This document shows positions 7,869-15,949 of a DNA stretch of 33,489 bases, in pieces (within the stretch, counting starts at the first letter, position 1; each line of letters starts with the position of its first letter). Under the pieces are notes generated by a model. It searched no databases and was not told the DNA's origin. It saw only the letters and a program-made list of their open reading frames with translations. This DNA is from Planctomycetales bacterium (GTDB lineage: Bacteria > 4484-113): assembly GCA_037445915.1 (NCBI GenBank), contig JBBIJQ010000023.1, positions 1-33,489 on the forward strand, given 5' to 3'. The position numbers and the translations under genes are program-made.

Positions 7869-8501
7869 ATGACGCGAACGGAGATGCTAAAGGATGGATG
7901 GGTAGGGAAGCTAACCCCGCCTGAGCTTTCGCGTATTTTCCTCAACCATGTTTATGGGCTTCCCGATGGGAAGAGAATTAACCTCTGTATCCAGTGTGGA
8001 ACCTGCAGCGGCTCGTGCCCGACTGCTCATGAGATGCAGTATTCGCCGCGCGAGATATTTGCAGCGCTGCGTGCCGGGATGCTGGACCGCGTGCTGATCA
8101 GCAACACGGTCTGGATGTGCACTTCCTGCTATTACTGCACTGTGCGCTGCCCACAGAAAATCCGTATAACCGACATTATGTATGAGTTGAAGAGACTCGG
8201 CATAATGTACGGTTATCCTTCTTCAGGCGCGAAAGCCGCAAAGATGGCGAGCCTTTTTATCAGCTTAACCAACAAGCTAGGGCGCAGCAACGAAACTACC
8301 CTAATGATGCAGTACTACCTTACGACGAACCCATTCTCGGCTTTAAACGTAGCCATGAGAGGAATGAAGATGTTCTTTAAGGGTAGAATGCCGCTCCCGT
8401 TTGGTGGGCGCGCCATAAAGGGAATCGACCAAATGAAAGCCATTCGGGAAAAACTCGCCGAGCTTGAGGCTAAGAAGCTGGCAAAGGAGAATAGGGGGTA
8501 A
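7869..8501 (+). CDS. hdrC: Heterodisulfide reductase subunit C
   Basis: CIQCGTCSGSCP and WMCTSCYYCTVRCP; start moved to ATG 7869, which follows the Shine-Dalgarno TAAGGAG. Confidence 0.93.
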   Translation: MTRTEMLKDGWVGKLTPPELSRIFLNHVYGLPDGKRINLCIQCGTCSGSCPTAHEMQYSPREIFAALRAGMLDRVLISNTVWMCTSCYYCTVRCPQKIRITDIMYELKRLGIMYGYPSSGAKAAKMASLFISLTNKLGRSNETTLMMQYYLTTNPFSALNVAMRGMKMFFKGRMPLPFGGRAIKGIDQMKAIREKLAELEAKKLAKENRG

Positions 8502-9370
8502 TGGAACTGCTTTATTATCCGGGGTGTTCTGTTGAATACACAGCCAAGATGTACGATAGTTCCGCCCGCGCAGTCGTAAAAGCGCTTGGCCATGAGCTTA
8601 AAGACGTGGAAGACTGGAACTGCTGCGGCGCTACTACCTACATGGCTGTCCATGAGCTTGTCTCCCATGGGAACAGTATTCGCAACCTAGCATTGGCGCG
8701 AAAAAGCGGCGCAACCGACTTGGTGACCGTCTGCCCGGCGTGTTACCTTACGCTCCTTAAGACGAACCGCTATTTTATCAAGGAGCCCGAGTTCGCCGCT
8801 ATGATGAATCAAGGGCTTAAGGCTGCCGGACTTGAATACGACGGCGGTCTGCGCGTGCGCCACTTACTTGACGTGCTGGTTAAAGAAATCGGAATAGATG
8901 CTATTGCAAAGGCGGTGAAGAAGCCCTTTACCGGCTTGAAAGTCGCTTGTTACCATGGTTGCATGATCACCCGCCCATTCGGGGAAATAGACTCGAAAGA
9001 AAAGCCTGATGTAATGGACAGGTTGATACGGGCGATTGGCGCAGAGCCGGTTGAGTACCCGCTGACGGCAAAGTGCTGCGGGGGGATGGTCACGAATACC
9101 GAGACGGCGAAGCTTATCCCGAACGTTGCAGCGCTAATTAGCTGCGCAAGTGAAGCTGGAGCGGAATGCATCGCTGTTGCCTGTCCGCTTTGCCACTTAA
9201 ACCTGGATTTCTACCAGCCTGAAGTAAAAGCCTATTTGGGCAGCAGTACCAACATGCCTATCTTGTACTTCACACAGCTCATGGGGCTTGCATTCGGGCT
9301 ATCCAAGAAAGAACTCGGCTTTGGCCTTGAATTAGTATCTGCAGACAAGGTGGTCGCGCAATTCGCCTAA
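8501..9370 (+). CDS. hdrB: Heterodisulfide reductase subunit B (two CCG domains)
   Basis: YYPGC...WNCCG...CPAC and YHGC...KCCGG...CPLC; PILYFTQLMGLAFG. Confidence 0.96.
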   Translation: MELLYYPGCSVEYTAKMYDSSARAVVKALGHELKDVEDWNCCGATTYMAVHELVSHGNSIRNLALARKSGATDLVTVCPACYLTLLKTNRYFIKEPEFAAMMNQGLKAAGLEYDGGLRVRHLLDVLVKEIGIDAIAKAVKKPFTGLKVACYHGCMITRPFGEIDSKEKPDVMDRLIRAIGAEPVEYPLTAKCCGGMVTNTETAKLIPNVAALISCASEAGAECIAVACPLCHLNLDFYQPEVKAYLGSSTNMPILYFTQLMGLAFGLSKKELGFGLELVSADKVVAQFA

Positions 9371-9383
9371 TGCGCAGGAGCCA

Positions 9384-12383
9384 ATGATGGATATTCCAAA
9401 AGGGAACGGCAAGAAGATGAAATCTTTCACCGATGAAGAGCATTACCGCTCAGTCGTTGAAAAAGAGAGGGTAGGCGTCTTTGTCTGCCGCTGCGGAACG
9501 AACATCTCGCAGATGGTTAGCATTGATGAAGTCGTTGAGTACTCAAAGACTCTTCCTGGCGTTGTAGTCGCTGTTGAGTACACGTATATGTGCTCAGACC
9601 CCGGCCAGGATCTCATCAAGGAGCTTACTGAGAAGCATAAGCTGACGCGCGTTGTCGTGTCATCCTGCTCTCCGCTGATGCATGAGATGACGTTTCGGCT
9701 GGCTACTGAAGATGCTGGGCTAAATCAGTTTATGATGCAAATGGCTAACATCCGCGAACAAGTTTCGTGGGTGCATGTGGACAAGAAAGCTGCGACCGAG
9801 AAGGCAAAAAACCTAATTCGTGCAGCCGTCCGCCGCGTAGTGTTCCAGCATCCTCTTGAAGTCCGCCGAGTGCCGGTGAACCCGAATACTATGGTCGTTG
9901 GTTCAGGAATTACAGGCATTGAGGCTGCGCTGAAGCTCGCAGAAGGCGGGCACAAAGTGTATCTCGTGGAGAAGGAACCCTCTATCGGCGGACACATGGC
10001 CAAGTTTGATAAGACCTTCCCAACGCTAGATTGCGCTGCCTGCATCTTAACGCCGAAAATGGTTTCAGTCGGGCGCAACAAGAACATAGAGCTGTTATCG
10101 CACACTGATGTTGAGAGTGTCTCAGGCTATGTAGGCAACTTCAAAGTGCGCATTCGCGAGAAGGCGCGTTATGTTGACTTAGTAAAGTGTACTTCCTGCT
10201 CCGACTGCGCCGTAATCTGCCCGGTGCGAAACGTGCCTGATGAGTTCAACATAGGCCTAAGCGATCGTACTGCAATCTACCGGCCGTTCGCGCAGGCAGT
10301 CCCAAACAAGTACATAATTGATAAGCGCGGCCCCGCGCCGTGCAAAGTAGTCTGCCCGGTTAGCCAGGAAGTCCCAGGTTACTTGGTCCTGATAGCTGAA
10401 GGCAAATACAAAGAGGCTGTGGAAGTCATCCGCCGGGATAATCCGCTTCCATCGGCTTGCGGCTGGGTTTGCTACCACCCATGCGAGAAATGGTGCGAGC
10501 GCGACCACGCTGATAAGAGCGTCTCAATACGCGACCTGAAGCGATTTCCGCTGGAATGGGCGGCGAAGAACAATGTTGATGTGAATCCTCCTCCTCCGGC
10601 TGTGCGCAAAGATGAAAAAATAGCCGTGATAGGCGCAAAGCCAGCAGGCATCGGCGCAACCTTCCAGCTTGCGAAGATGGGATACTCGCCAACCCTGTTT
10701 ACTCCTGACGCACTCAAGGAGCTTGGGCTTTCTAGCCGCGTCCCTGATGAGATGACGCTGCTGGATATTGAATACTTGAGGAAGATGGGAGTTACCATCT
10801 CTGATGATAAAGGTCTAACCTTTGATTCTCTCAAAGCGGAAGGATACAAAGCAGTTATCATCGCGCGAGGCTGGGAAGAGGAAAAGAAGGGAGCAGTTGA
10901 CGCCTCTGTCGGCAACTGCGGTGGTGTTGAGTTTAAGATTGTAGATGCAGTTACCGGCGAAACTACTTTGCCGGGCGTTTTTGCCGCAGGTTTAGTGCCG
11001 GCTAATCCTGTCATGGTTGTGCATCCGCTTCGCAGAGGCATGGACCTAGCGAAGGTCGTAGACGCTTTTGTTCGCGGCGCTGACTACGCCAAAGTCGTTG
11101 AGCCGATGGGCGATCCGGCAGAGTTGAAGCGCGAGAAATTCATCAATCCTGCATGGAAGATCGACTACTCAAATGTCCCACGAGCTGGCCGCGAGAAGCT
11201 CTACGAGAAAGGCTTTTCTCCTGATCCTGCTGCGATTGAGGCTTTTGCGAAGCGCGAAGCTGCCCGCTGCCTAACCTGCGGAGTTTGCGTTGAATGCTGG
11301 GAATGTTCGCGTGTTTGCGGGCCATTGGCTATCAACCACAATGAAGGGGATGTTATCCGCGAAGTAGAGGTTGGCAGCATTATCATTGCGACTGGTTTCA
11401 AGGTCTTTGATGCTTCGCTAGCTTCGCAGTATGGCTATGGTCGCTACGACAACGTCTATACATCGCTGGAGTTTGAGCGTATCACTCATGCTTCCGGTCC
11501 AACTGCTGGGAATATACTAAAGAAAGACGGGACCGAGCCTAAGGCAATAGCGCTGCTGCATTGCATCGGAAGCCGTGACAAGCACTATAACGAGCACTGC
11601 TCCCGCGTGTGCTGCATGTACAGCTTGAAGCTCGCCCATCTAATCAAGGAGAAGAACGAGCACTGCGAAATCTATGAAATGTACATTGACATGCGGTGCT
11701 TTGGAAAGGGCTATGAAGAGTTTTACAACCGCCTGCTCAACGAAGGCGTTCAGTTCATCCGAGGCAAAGCGGCCGAAGTAAGCGATTTTCCGTCATTACC
11801 GGTTAAGAATAACGGCAAGGCCGAGAAGGGGAAGCTCTACGTTCGTTGCGAGGATACACTCCTCGGCGTTCCCCGTGAAATTCCCGTGGATATGGTCATC
11901 CTTGCTGTTGGGCTTGAGCCTGCCGCAGACCAGGCGAAGATACAGCAGCTTTTCAAGATATCACGCAGCTTTGACGGCTTCTTTCTTGAAAAGCACCCGA
12001 AACTTGCGCCGGTCAATACTGCCAGCGACGGCATATTTATCGCAGGCTGCGCCCAGGGCCCGAAAGACATTCCTGACAGCGTCGCACAAGGTGCTGCGGC
12101 TGCTGCGGCGGCTATGTCTTTGCTGCACGCTGGCGAAGTTGTCTTGGAACCGACTACGGCGCATATAGAAATTTCTCTTTGCACAGGCTGTGGCACTTGT
12201 CTTACGGTCTGTCCGTTTGACGCAATCCACCGTAACGAAGTTACCCGCCAGGCGGAAATCAACGAAGCGCTCTGTAAGGGCTGCGGAACTTGCGTCGCCT
12301 GCTGCCCGAGCGGCTCGGCCCAGCAATGGGGCTTTGATGATATCCAGATTGTTCAAGAGCTGAACGCTCTCCTAAGCGTATAA
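9384..12383 (+). CDS. hdrA: Heterodisulfide reductase subunit A, long form with an internal GltD/NfnB-like insert
   Basis: VGVFVCRCGTNI, YMCSDPGQ, ANIREQVSWVH, DKTFPTLDCAACILTPKM, HCIGSRD...CSRVCCMY, GCAQGPKDIPD and a C-terminal 2[4Fe-4S] domain; extra segment of about 315 aa at 10329-11279. Confidence 0.95.
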   Translation: MMDIPKGNGKKMKSFTDEEHYRSVVEKERVGVFVCRCGTNISQMVSIDEVVEYSKTLPGVVVAVEYTYMCSDPGQDLIKELTEKHKLTRVVVSSCSPLMHEMTFRLATEDAGLNQFMMQMANIREQVSWVHVDKKAATEKAKNLIRAAVRRVVFQHPLEVRRVPVNPNTMVVGSGITGIEAALKLAEGGHKVYLVEKEPSIGGHMAKFDKTFPTLDCAACILTPKMVSVGRNKNIELLSHTDVESVSGYVGNFKVRIREKARYVDLVKCTSCSDCAVICPVRNVPDEFNIGLSDRTAIYRPFAQAVPNKYIIDKRGPAPCKVVCPVSQEVPGYLVLIAEGKYKEAVEVIRRDNPLPSACGWVCYHPCEKWCERDHADKSVSIRDLKRFPLEWAAKNNVDVNPPPPAVRKDEKIAVIGAKPAGIGATFQLAKMGYSPTLFTPDALKELGLSSRVPDEMTLLDIEYLRKMGVTISDDKGLTFDSLKAEGYKAVIIARGWEEEKKGAVDASVGNCGGVEFKIVDAVTGETTLPGVFAAGLVPANPVMVVHPLRRGMDLAKVVDAFVRGADYAKVVEPMGDPAELKREKFINPAWKIDYSNVPRAGREKLYEKGFSPDPAAIEAFAKREAARCLTCGVCVECWECSRVCGPLAINHNEGDVIREVEVGSIIIATGFKVFDASLASQYGYGRYDNVYTSLEFERITHASGPTAGNILKKDGTEPKAIALLHCIGSRDKHYNEHCSRVCCMYSLKLAHLIKEKNEHCEIYEMYIDMRCFGKGYEEFYNRLLNEGVQFIRGKAAEVSDFPSLPVKNNGKAEKGKLYVRCEDTLLGVPREIPVDMVILAVGLEPAADQAKIQQLFKISRSFDGFFLEKHPKLAPVNTASDGIFIAGCAQGPKDIPDSVAQGAAAAAAAMSLLHAGEVVLEPTTAHIEISLCTGCGTCLTVCPFDAIHRNEVTRQAEINEALCKGCGTCVACCPSGSAQQWGFDDIQIVQELNALLSV

Positions 12384-12413
12384 GGCTCGGACCGTTTTTC
12401 AAGGAGAACGGAT

Positions 12414-12884
12414 ATGTCTGAAACTGTAACTCAAGCTCATGCGGCGAAGGAAACTTGTCCTGGCGGCGCTTTTGAACCGCGCATCATCGGCTTTCTATGC
12501 TGGTGGTGCTCGTATACGGGGGCTGACCTTGCCGGTACGAGCCGCATCAAATACAGCCCTAACGTGGAAGTCATCCGCGTCATGTGCTCCGGCCGAGTTG
12601 ACCCGACTTTTGTGCTGCACGCGCTTGCAGGCGGCGCAGACGGGGTGCTTATTGCTGGCTGCCACCCAGGGGACTGCCACTACATCAACGGCAATATGAA
12701 GACGGCTGCCCGTTTCCCGCTGCTGATGAAGCTGCTGAAGCAATATGGGATTGAAGAGGCGCGTGTTCAGATGGAATGGGTATCCGCATCCGAGGGCGAG
12801 AAGTTTGCCCAAGTCGTGGACAAGATTACTGAAGATGTCCGCAAGCTCGGGCCGCTTAACTGGAATTCGGTCGTAAGCGAATAG
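12414..12884 (+). CDS. mvhD: MvhD [2Fe-2S] adaptor subunit
   Basis: FLCWWCSYTGADLAG, RVMCSGRVDP, GCHPGDCHY, EWVSASEG. Confidence 0.96.
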   Translation: MSETVTQAHAAKETCPGGAFEPRIIGFLCWWCSYTGADLAGTSRIKYSPNVEVIRVMCSGRVDPTFVLHALAGGADGVLIAGCHPGDCHYINGNMKTAARFPLLMKLLKQYGIEEARVQMEWVSASEGEKFAQVVDKITEDVRKLGPLNWNSVVSE

Positions 12885-12892
12885 AGGTTTCT

Positions 12893-13867
12893 ATGGAAGC
12901 TACAAAAGAGAAACTTAAGCTGGCGTTTTACTGGGCAGCATCCTGCGGCGGCTGTGAAATATCGCTGCTAGAGATTGGCGAAAGAATACTGAAGGTCGTT
13001 GAAGTCGCCGACCTGGTGTTTTGCCCCTGCCTTGTTGATACCAAGTATAAAGACATTGAAGTGATGCCTGACGGAGCGCTGGATGTCACATTCATAAACG
13101 GTGCGATACGCAGCTCAGAAAATGAGCATGTCGCCAAACTCCTTCGTAAAAAGAGCAAAGTGCTCATCTCTTACGGCTCCTGCGCATGCGACGGCGGGAT
13201 TCCTTCGCTGGCTAATTTGTTCACGCTGAAAGATATTAAACAACACGCTTACCATGAAACTGATAGCACGGATAACCCCCAGCGTGTTGAACCGCTGGTC
13301 AAGCATACAGAGAATGGCTACGAACTGGCGCTGCCTGAACTGTGGAACACGGTGCGAAAGCTAAATGATATTGTGCGGGTCGATTACTACATCCCCGGGT
13401 GTGCTCCTGCTGCTGAGACTACCTGGAACGCAATTGAACAGCTTCTTACTGGCGCGCTGCCCCCCTTAGGGAACGTTATTGGCGCAGGCAAGAAAGCTGT
13501 ATGCGAAGAATGTCCCTACACAAAGAAAGACGAGCGTATCACCGAGTTCCATCGCCCCCACTTGTTCAGGGCTGACGGCGAGCAGTGCCTGCTGGAGCAA
13601 GGCCTTGTGTGCCTTGGCGCAGCGACTAGGTCAGGTTGCGGCGCACAATGCTTGCAGTGCGGCATGCCCTGTCGCGGCTGCTACGGAGCGCTGCCTGATG
13701 TTGAGGACATGGGCGCAAAGATGATTTCCGCCATCGGTTCGCTGGTCGCCAGCAACGATGAAGAAGAAGTTAAGGCTGTTATGGGTCAGATAGAAGATCC
13801 GGCAGGAACGTTGTACCGCTTTACTTTGGCTAACTCACTATTAGTGAGGAGGAAGAGCGATGGGTAA
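12893..13867 (+). CDS. mvhG: [NiFe] hydrogenase small subunit MvhG (group 3c)
   Basis: AASCGGCE, GSCACDGGIP, IPGCAP, VCEECP, CLLEQGLVCLG...GCGAQC...PCRGCYG; no Tat signal. Confidence 0.95.
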   Translation: MEATKEKLKLAFYWAASCGGCEISLLEIGERILKVVEVADLVFCPCLVDTKYKDIEVMPDGALDVTFINGAIRSSENEHVAKLLRKKSKVLISYGSCACDGGIPSLANLFTLKDIKQHAYHETDSTDNPQRVEPLVKHTENGYELALPELWNTVRKLNDIVRVDYYIPGCAPAAETTWNAIEQLLTGALPPLGNVIGAGKKAVCEECPYTKKDERITEFHRPHLFRADGEQCLLEQGLVCLGAATRSGCGAQCLQCGMPCRGCYGALPDVEDMGAKMISAIGSLVASNDEEEVKAVMGQIEDPAGTLYRFTLANSLLVRRKSDG

Positions 13868-15329
13868 CCGAGTAACTATTGACCCCATCACGAGGCTGGA
13901 AGGCCACGGGAAGATTGAGATATTTCTAAAAGACGACGGCAGTGTTGACAACGTCTTTTTCCAGGTTCCTGAGCTTCGCGGCTTTGAAAAATTCGCGGAA
14001 GGCAGGCCGGTGGAGGAGCTTCCTCGCATAACAAGCCGCATCTGCGGCGTCTGCCCAGAAGCGCATTCAACCGCGTCTGCGAAAGCGTGTGACGCAGTCT
14101 ATGGCGTGACGCTCCCACCAACTGCGGCGAAGCTGCGCGAGCTGCAATACAGCGTATTCTACGTAGGAGACCACACAACCCACTTTTATGCGCTTGGCGG
14201 CCCTGATTTCGTTATGGGCCCCGACGCGCCACCTGCGCTGCGTAACATTATCGGAGTTATCGGCAAAGTAGGCTTAGAGCTTGGTAGAGAAGTGATCCGC
14301 ACACGCATGGAAGCGCATGAGATTGCAGGGATGCTTGGCGGAAAACGTGTTCATCCTGTTAACCTAATCCCCGGCGGGATGAGCAAGGGCTTTGTCAAGC
14401 ATGATGAACATAAGCGCGTCTTAGAAATCACTGAGCGCTTCGTTGAGTTCGCTAAACACACAATGAAGATATTCAACGATATTGTTCTTGCAAACAAGGA
14501 CTACGTTGACCTCATCTTATCCGACCCTTACCAGCTTGCCATTAACAATATGGGCTTGGTTGACGCCAACAACAAAGTCAACTTCTACGACGGCAAGGTG
14601 CGCGTTACAGGCGTTGACGGTAAAGAGCTTTTCAAGTATTCCCCGAATGAATATCTTAACTTCGTTGCCGAGCGCGTTGAACCTTGGAGCTACCTGAAAT
14701 TCCCATACTTGAAGCAAATCGGCTGGAAGGGCTTCGTTGAAGGCCCCGGCACATCTGTTTACCGCGCAACACCACTTTCCCGCCTGAACGCTTCAGACGG
14801 CATGGCTACTCCGCTGGCCCAGGCCGAATATGAGCGCATGTATAGCACTCTCGGCGGGAAGCCTGTGAACTCCACGCTTGCGACTCACTGGGCGCGCTGC
14901 GTGGAAATTATGTACGCTGCTGAAAGGGCATACGAGCTTGCGCGCGATGCTGATATTACAGGTCCCGACTATCGCGTTATACCTACGGCTACGCCAAAGG
15001 AAGGCATCGGTATTGTTGAAGCTCCTCGCGGCACGCTGACGCATCATTACGTCACCGATGAAAAAGGCATTGTCGTCCGAGCCAACCTGATCGTTGGAAC
15101 AACTAATAATAACGCTCCTATCTGCATGTCTATCAAGAAGGCTGCTCAAGGCGTGATAAAGGCCGGCAAGGACATTACTGAGCCGATGCTGAATAAGGTG
15201 GAGATGGCTTTTCGCGCATACGACCCGTGCTTTGGCTGCGCAACGCACTCGCTCCCCGGTCAGATGCCGCTGGTCGTCAATCTGAGAAACGCCGACGGAA
15301 CTCTGATTCGTTCTTTAAGTAGGCATTAA
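13860..15329 (+). CDS. mvhA: [NiFe] hydrogenase large subunit MvhA (group 3c, Cys form)
   Basis: DPITRLEGH, L1 RICGVCPEAH, EAPRGTLTHHY, L2 RAYDPCFGCATH followed by a cleavable C-terminal extension. Confidence 0.96.
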   Translation: MGNRVTIDPITRLEGHGKIEIFLKDDGSVDNVFFQVPELRGFEKFAEGRPVEELPRITSRICGVCPEAHSTASAKACDAVYGVTLPPTAAKLRELQYSVFYVGDHTTHFYALGGPDFVMGPDAPPALRNIIGVIGKVGLELGREVIRTRMEAHEIAGMLGGKRVHPVNLIPGGMSKGFVKHDEHKRVLEITERFVEFAKHTMKIFNDIVLANKDYVDLILSDPYQLAINNMGLVDANNKVNFYDGKVRVTGVDGKELFKYSPNEYLNFVAERVEPWSYLKFPYLKQIGWKGFVEGPGTSVYRATPLSRLNASDGMATPLAQAEYERMYSTLGGKPVNSTLATHWARCVEIMYAAERAYELARDADITGPDYRVIPTATPKEGIGIVEAPRGTLTHHYVTDEKGIVVRANLIVGTTNNNAPICMSIKKAAQGVIKAGKDITEPMLNKVEMAFRAYDPCFGCATHSLPGQMPLVVNLRNADGTLIRSLSRH

Positions 15330-15417
15330 CCCTGCTGGAAAGTATAATTGGAAGGCACTCATTGGAGTGCTTACGCCTGCTGCAGACAGCCGATGCTGCT
15401 GCGGCAGGATGGGAGCG

Positions 15418-15897
15418 ATGGAGCGAATACTAATCTTAGGGGTAGGTAACCCTATACTATCTGATGACCGAGCCGGGCTTCTCGTAGCTGAGAAGCTGGC
15501 TTCCGCTTCGCTGGAATGCCCCAACTACATCGTCGCCTTAGAAACAGCGACCGAAGGCGGGCTGGAATTCCTTGAAAAACTTGAGCACTTTGATAAAGCC
15601 ATAATTATTGACGCGATGGTCTCCGGCGAATTGGAAGTCGGGGAGATAAGGGAGTTGCAGTTAGAAGACCTTCAGCAGACTTCCAATCTCCTTTCAAGCC
15701 ACGGTATTAGCCTAAAAACGGCAGTGGAATTCGGGCGCAACCTGGGGCTAAAAATGCCATCTGCCATCCGCATTTATGGCATTGAGGTTAGCGACAACCT
15801 CACTGTTTCCGAAGAAGTAAACCCAAGAATAGAAGCCGCAACCGAACATGTGGCAAACCTCATTCGTGTTTCATTACGGGATGGCCAGGAATGGTAG
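15418..15897 (+). CDS. Hydrogenase maturation endopeptidase (HycI/HybD family)
   Basis: ILGVGNPILSDDRAG, IIIDAM, SSHG; start set at ATG 15418 after GGGAG. Confidence 0.93.
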   Translation: MERILILGVGNPILSDDRAGLLVAEKLASASLECPNYIVALETATEGGLEFLEKLEHFDKAIIIDAMVSGELEVGEIRELQLEDLQQTSNLLSSHGISLKTAVEFGRNLGLKMPSAIRIYGIEVSDNLTVSEEVNPRIEAATEHVANLIRVSLRDGQEW

Positions 15898-15949
15898 TCC
15901 CATTTTCATACCAAATAAAGCGCGGTTCAAGGCCTATGGAGGTAACTCA

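Noticed and set aside
9384-15329. Selenocysteine recoding in hdrA, mvhD or mvhA
   Set aside because: All frames are open with Cys at the relevant positions and no in-frame TGA.
15848-15949. Longer N-terminus of the large lipoprotein given by the ORF track
   Set aside because: It overlaps the protease gene; ATG 15950 has a GGAGG SD and yields a proper lipoprotein signal. Starts at 7821, 15367, 21293, 25895, 31867 and 32995 were shortened on similar grounds.
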